Shown: positions 61,566 through 64,000 of the stretch, in pieces
How positions within the stretch are numbered: position 1 is the first letter of the stretch
Layout: each line of letters opens with the position of its first letter
Origin: Escherichia phage T4_ev151
Sequence record: LR597660
Direction: 5' to 3' (one strand)
Length of the DNA stretch: 64,000 nucleotides
Translations under genes and position numbers: made by a program
Notes under the pieces: model-generated
The model's database searches: none
What the model was told of the DNA's origin: nothing
The model's input: the letters and a program-made list of their open reading frames with translations, nothing else

Positions 61566-61825
61566 AGTTCAATCTCAACGATTTCCAAGTGTTTTTGTTT
61601 TATTGCCTTTTTAACACAATCATGGACTAAATATGACCATGAATCATTATATTCTCCATTAACTAATCGTTGGAGATCTTCACGTGATGATAAGTAAGGT
61701 TGATCTGATTCCCATTTTGATAAAAATACTGCAGTAAAAATATCTCCTTCATCTGTAGTTGAAGTCGTAAATGCAATAAATTCACCGGTAATTTTATGTT
61801 TAGCGTAATAAAATTTAAATTTCAT
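61562..61825 (-). CDS. hypothetical protein
   Basis: ATG at 61825 preceded by GGAGGAG gives ~87 aa MKFKFYYAKHKITGEFIAFTTSTTDEGDIF...; an early promoter lies just upstream. Confidence 0.55.
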   Translation of the reverse strand: MKFKFYYAKHKITGEFIAFTTSTTDEGDIFTAVFLSKWESDQPYLSSREDLQRLVNGEYNDSWSYLVHDCVKKAIKQKHLEIVEIEL

Positions 61826-61898
61826 TTTTACTCCTCCGTAGCTGATAGTTGTATAGTACCACAGTCCTTGTGGTATGTAAACCATTTTGTGAAATTTT

Positions 61899-62456
61899 TT
61901 AAATGGAAAGATACCATCCGTTGTAGTTGCTTTTTCTTACAACCTTACGAAGGTCTTCTCTATCACCGATGAACTTCGGAGTGTACTGGATGACACCTGG
62001 ATGAATTTCTTTAGTGTTGAATATAATTATACAGTCAGCGACTTGATGATTTAGAATGGGCCCTAGATTTATTCCAGAACCATATGGATACTCTCCGCTG
62101 CATCCTGTTGTTACAGAAATCCAACGTGAGTCAGTTTGGTGTGTCTTAACTTCTACACGAAGCCCACAGTATCTTGGATGTGCCAAAACATCCCATGCAT
62201 ATGTGTACGGATCATCGACATCTTCTTGACCTTTATTGACATATCCGCTTAGCCAATCTGCCACAAAAAACTCTGCGTACACAGCGATACGGCATCTTTC
62301 GATAACTTCTGCCTTATCCTGATTTGGGTTTTGTTTTAAAGAGTATCTTGCAGTATCAGCAATTTTGACCTTCATTTCACTAGTCAAGTCACTGTTCGAT
62401 AGGGTAAATGTCGGAATCTGAAATAGTCTCTGCAAACCCGGATTCGTTTTCTGCAT
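61899..62456 (-). CDS. denB: endonuclease IV (DenB)
   Basis: 185 aa (T4 DenB length); position between ndd block and rIIB; ATG verified. Confidence 0.8.
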   Translation of the reverse strand: MQKTNPGLQRLFQIPTFTLSNSDLTSEMKVKIADTARYSLKQNPNQDKAEVIERCRIAVYAEFFVADWLSGYVNKGQEDVDDPYTYAWDVLAHPRYCGLRVEVKTHQTDSRWISVTTGCSGEYPYGSGINLGPILNHQVADCIIIFNTKEIHPGVIQYTPKFIGDREDLRKVVRKSNYNGWYLSI

Positions 62457-62538
62457 TTAAACTTTCCTTTATGTCGGAATCACTGATATTCATATAAATC
62501 ATAATTTCTCTTAAAACAAAAGGGCCGAAGCCCTTATT

Positions 62539-62733
62539 TTATTTGAATTGTGCAATTCTTTTCTCTAGACATTCAGCATAAGATTTCATTGAGATGAACT
62601 GTGAAAGTAGCAGTTCTTGCTCAACTGCACTAACTGTTAGAAACTTTGCGCTTTCTAAAAATTTGCTCAGTGCATTAATTTTGAGCATTAATTGATCGTA
62701 TTCTTCTTTTACTCGTGCTTGATAACCTAACAT
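62539..62733 (-). CDS. hypothetical protein flanked by two near-identical hairpins
   Basis: 64 aa; ATG with AAGGAAA SD. Confidence 0.5.
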   Translation of the reverse strand: MLGYQARVKEEYDQLMLKINALSKFLESAKFLTVSAVEQELLLSQFISMKSYAECLEKRIAQFK

Positions 62734-62761
62734 AATTTTCCTTAGTTAAGGGCCGAAGCCC

Positions 62762-63700
62762 TTATTTAAATTGTTCAGTAACGTCTTCAACTACTTCGTA
62801 TTGGCAGGTACGCATTTTAGCATCGTTGTAATCAATCGGAATTGATACTACATCGCGAGGATGAACCTTAACTTTTACAACTCGGCTAGTTGAACTGCCA
62901 AAGTGACGAATATAAGATTTAGAACACACATGCAGACCACGAGAACAAGTTTGTGTATCATCGTCATTCACACGAGTACGTGGCATTTTAACTACTTTAC
63001 CCGGACTGTTATCAAAGGTGTTTGAGTGACAGTCAAAGTAATTGCTGCGAACTACTTTCCAAGCATAGAAGTAGCCATCTTCTGTAATTTCAATATCATT
63101 TGCTACCAAGAAATCAAAGAGTCGAGATACCGCTTTTTGGCTTGGGTTTTCCAGCAGATTTTCCAAGAACGGAAAATAAAATTCAAAGTTTTCACCTTTT
63201 TCCATCGAGTCGAGAATACGATCAACCAAACCAGATCGCAATTCAATATTTTGATAGAACAAGCTTTCACCTTCAATTCGAACATCACCGGAAATATATT
63301 TTTCAACAGCGCGACGAACATCAATTTTTTGCGCAGCTTCTTCCAGTTTATCCGCTACAAGCAGATTAAGAATTTCCTGGAAGTTTGAATGAGTATTAGG
63401 AGTTGCGTTATAAGTTACACCGTCAACAGTAATTGAAATGAATTTTTTAGATGCATTCCAAATAATGTCAGATTTAGCAACTGGAGCAATAACTGCATCG
63501 CTATTAACTTTAACTGTAATATCACCGCTAATAGTAACTTTAGAGCGTTTAGCTTCTTCAGCATTTTTCAAAACACGACGGATTGTATCAACCGATACAC
63601 CTTGCCAATCAGCCAATTCCTGTTGGGTGTAATTACCACTTGAATACAGCTTAACAATTTCAGCTTGTTCGTTTTTGGTCAGGCATTTAATATTGTACAT
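62762..63700 (-). CDS. rIIB: rapid-lysis / Rex-exclusion protein RIIB
   Basis: 312 aa (T4 rIIB length); ATG preceded by AAGGAAA; position downstream of rIIA. Confidence 0.9.
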   Translation of the reverse strand: MYNIKCLTKNEQAEIVKLYSSGNYTQQELADWQGVSVDTIRRVLKNAEEAKRSKVTISGDITVKVNSDAVIAPVAKSDIIWNASKKFISITVDGVTYNATPNTHSNFQEILNLLVADKLEEAAQKIDVRRAVEKYISGDVRIEGESLFYQNIELRSGLVDRILDSMEKGENFEFYFPFLENLLENPSQKAVSRLFDFLVANDIEITEDGYFYAWKVVRSNYFDCHSNTFDNSPGKVVKMPRTRVNDDDTQTCSRGLHVCSKSYIRHFGSSTSRVVKVKVHPRDVVSIPIDYNDAKMRTCQYEVVEDVTEQFK

Positions 63701-63711
63701 AATTTTCCTTA

Positions 63712-64000
63712 TTAGGCCGCAAGGGCCTTCATAGTTTTAGCGATTTGAGAAACTTCATCATCACTTAAAGAGTTGCGATAACCGATGAAGTCGGAAACAA
63801 TACGGAATTTCTTGGTAAACTCAGCAACCATTTTATCACTATTTTTTGAAGCATTACGTGATAATTCATCAAAGAGATTAGTTACTGTCCAGATATCATG
63901 ACCGATGGTATCTTTTCCACCATTGAAATACACACCGCGTAATGAACTAACCATATTACCAAGTCGTGTATATTCTTCAGAAACTTCATCTGTACTGAAG
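63712..64000 (-). CDS. rIIA: RIIA, C-terminal part (5' end outside window)
   Basis: ORF open to the window end, ending ...AKTMKALAA; stop immediately upstream of the rIIB SD. Confidence 0.8.
   Translation of the reverse strand, partial: FSTDEVSEEYTRLGNMVSSLRGVYFNGGKDTIGHDIWTVTNLFDELSRNASKNSDKMVAEFTKKFRIVSDFIGYRNSLSDDEVSQIAKTMKALAA

Noticed and set aside
63026-63388. 120-aa and 89-aa + strand ORFs antisense to rIIB
   Set aside because: Inside the rIIB CDS; no translation signals.

Overview
The window is a contiguous 64-kb block of a T-even (T4-like) Escherichia myovirus genome, colinear with the T4 map from the 3' end of gene 23 (major capsid) to the 3' end of rIIA. Gene content and order, read from the translated ORFs and recalled T4 protein sequences and lengths: 23(part)-24-rnlB-hoc-inh-segD-uvsW-uvsY-25-26-51-27-28-29-48-54-alt-30(DNA ligase)-small ORF block-rIII-31-cd-small ORF block-pseT-spanin-like pair-alc-rnlA-denA-nrdB-mobE-nrdA-td(group I intron with I-TevI)-extra ORF-frd-small ORFs-32-59-33-dsbA-rnh-34-35-36-37-38-t-asiA-arn-motA-52-ac/stp-ndd-micro-ORF array-denB-rIIB-rIIA(part). 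Late structural genes are on the + strand behind TATAAATA late promoters; early and middle genes are on the - strand behind GTTTAC/extended -10 early promoters and stem-loop terminators. It is not T4 itself: nrdB is intronless, gp37 is 1110 aa with a C-terminal intramolecular-chaperone-like domain, gene 38 encodes a glycine-rich T2/T6-type adhesin, Hoc carries extra Ig-like repeats, and an extra ORF sits at the frd/td junction where I recall T4 frd and td overlapping. I did not find a clearly novel multi-gene system; the best candidates for undescribed biology are the frd/td insertion ORF, the unknown ORFs between arn and motA, the split Alt N-terminal paralogue, a 54-bp promoter-bearing direct repeat present twice, and an array of translationally coupled hydrophobic micro-ORFs. 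All homology statements rest on my recollection of T4 sequences, not on a database search. Motif coordinates were read by hand and may be off by 1-2 nt. The ORF track uses GTG/TTG starts in places, so several starts were moved to the ATG/SD I could see.
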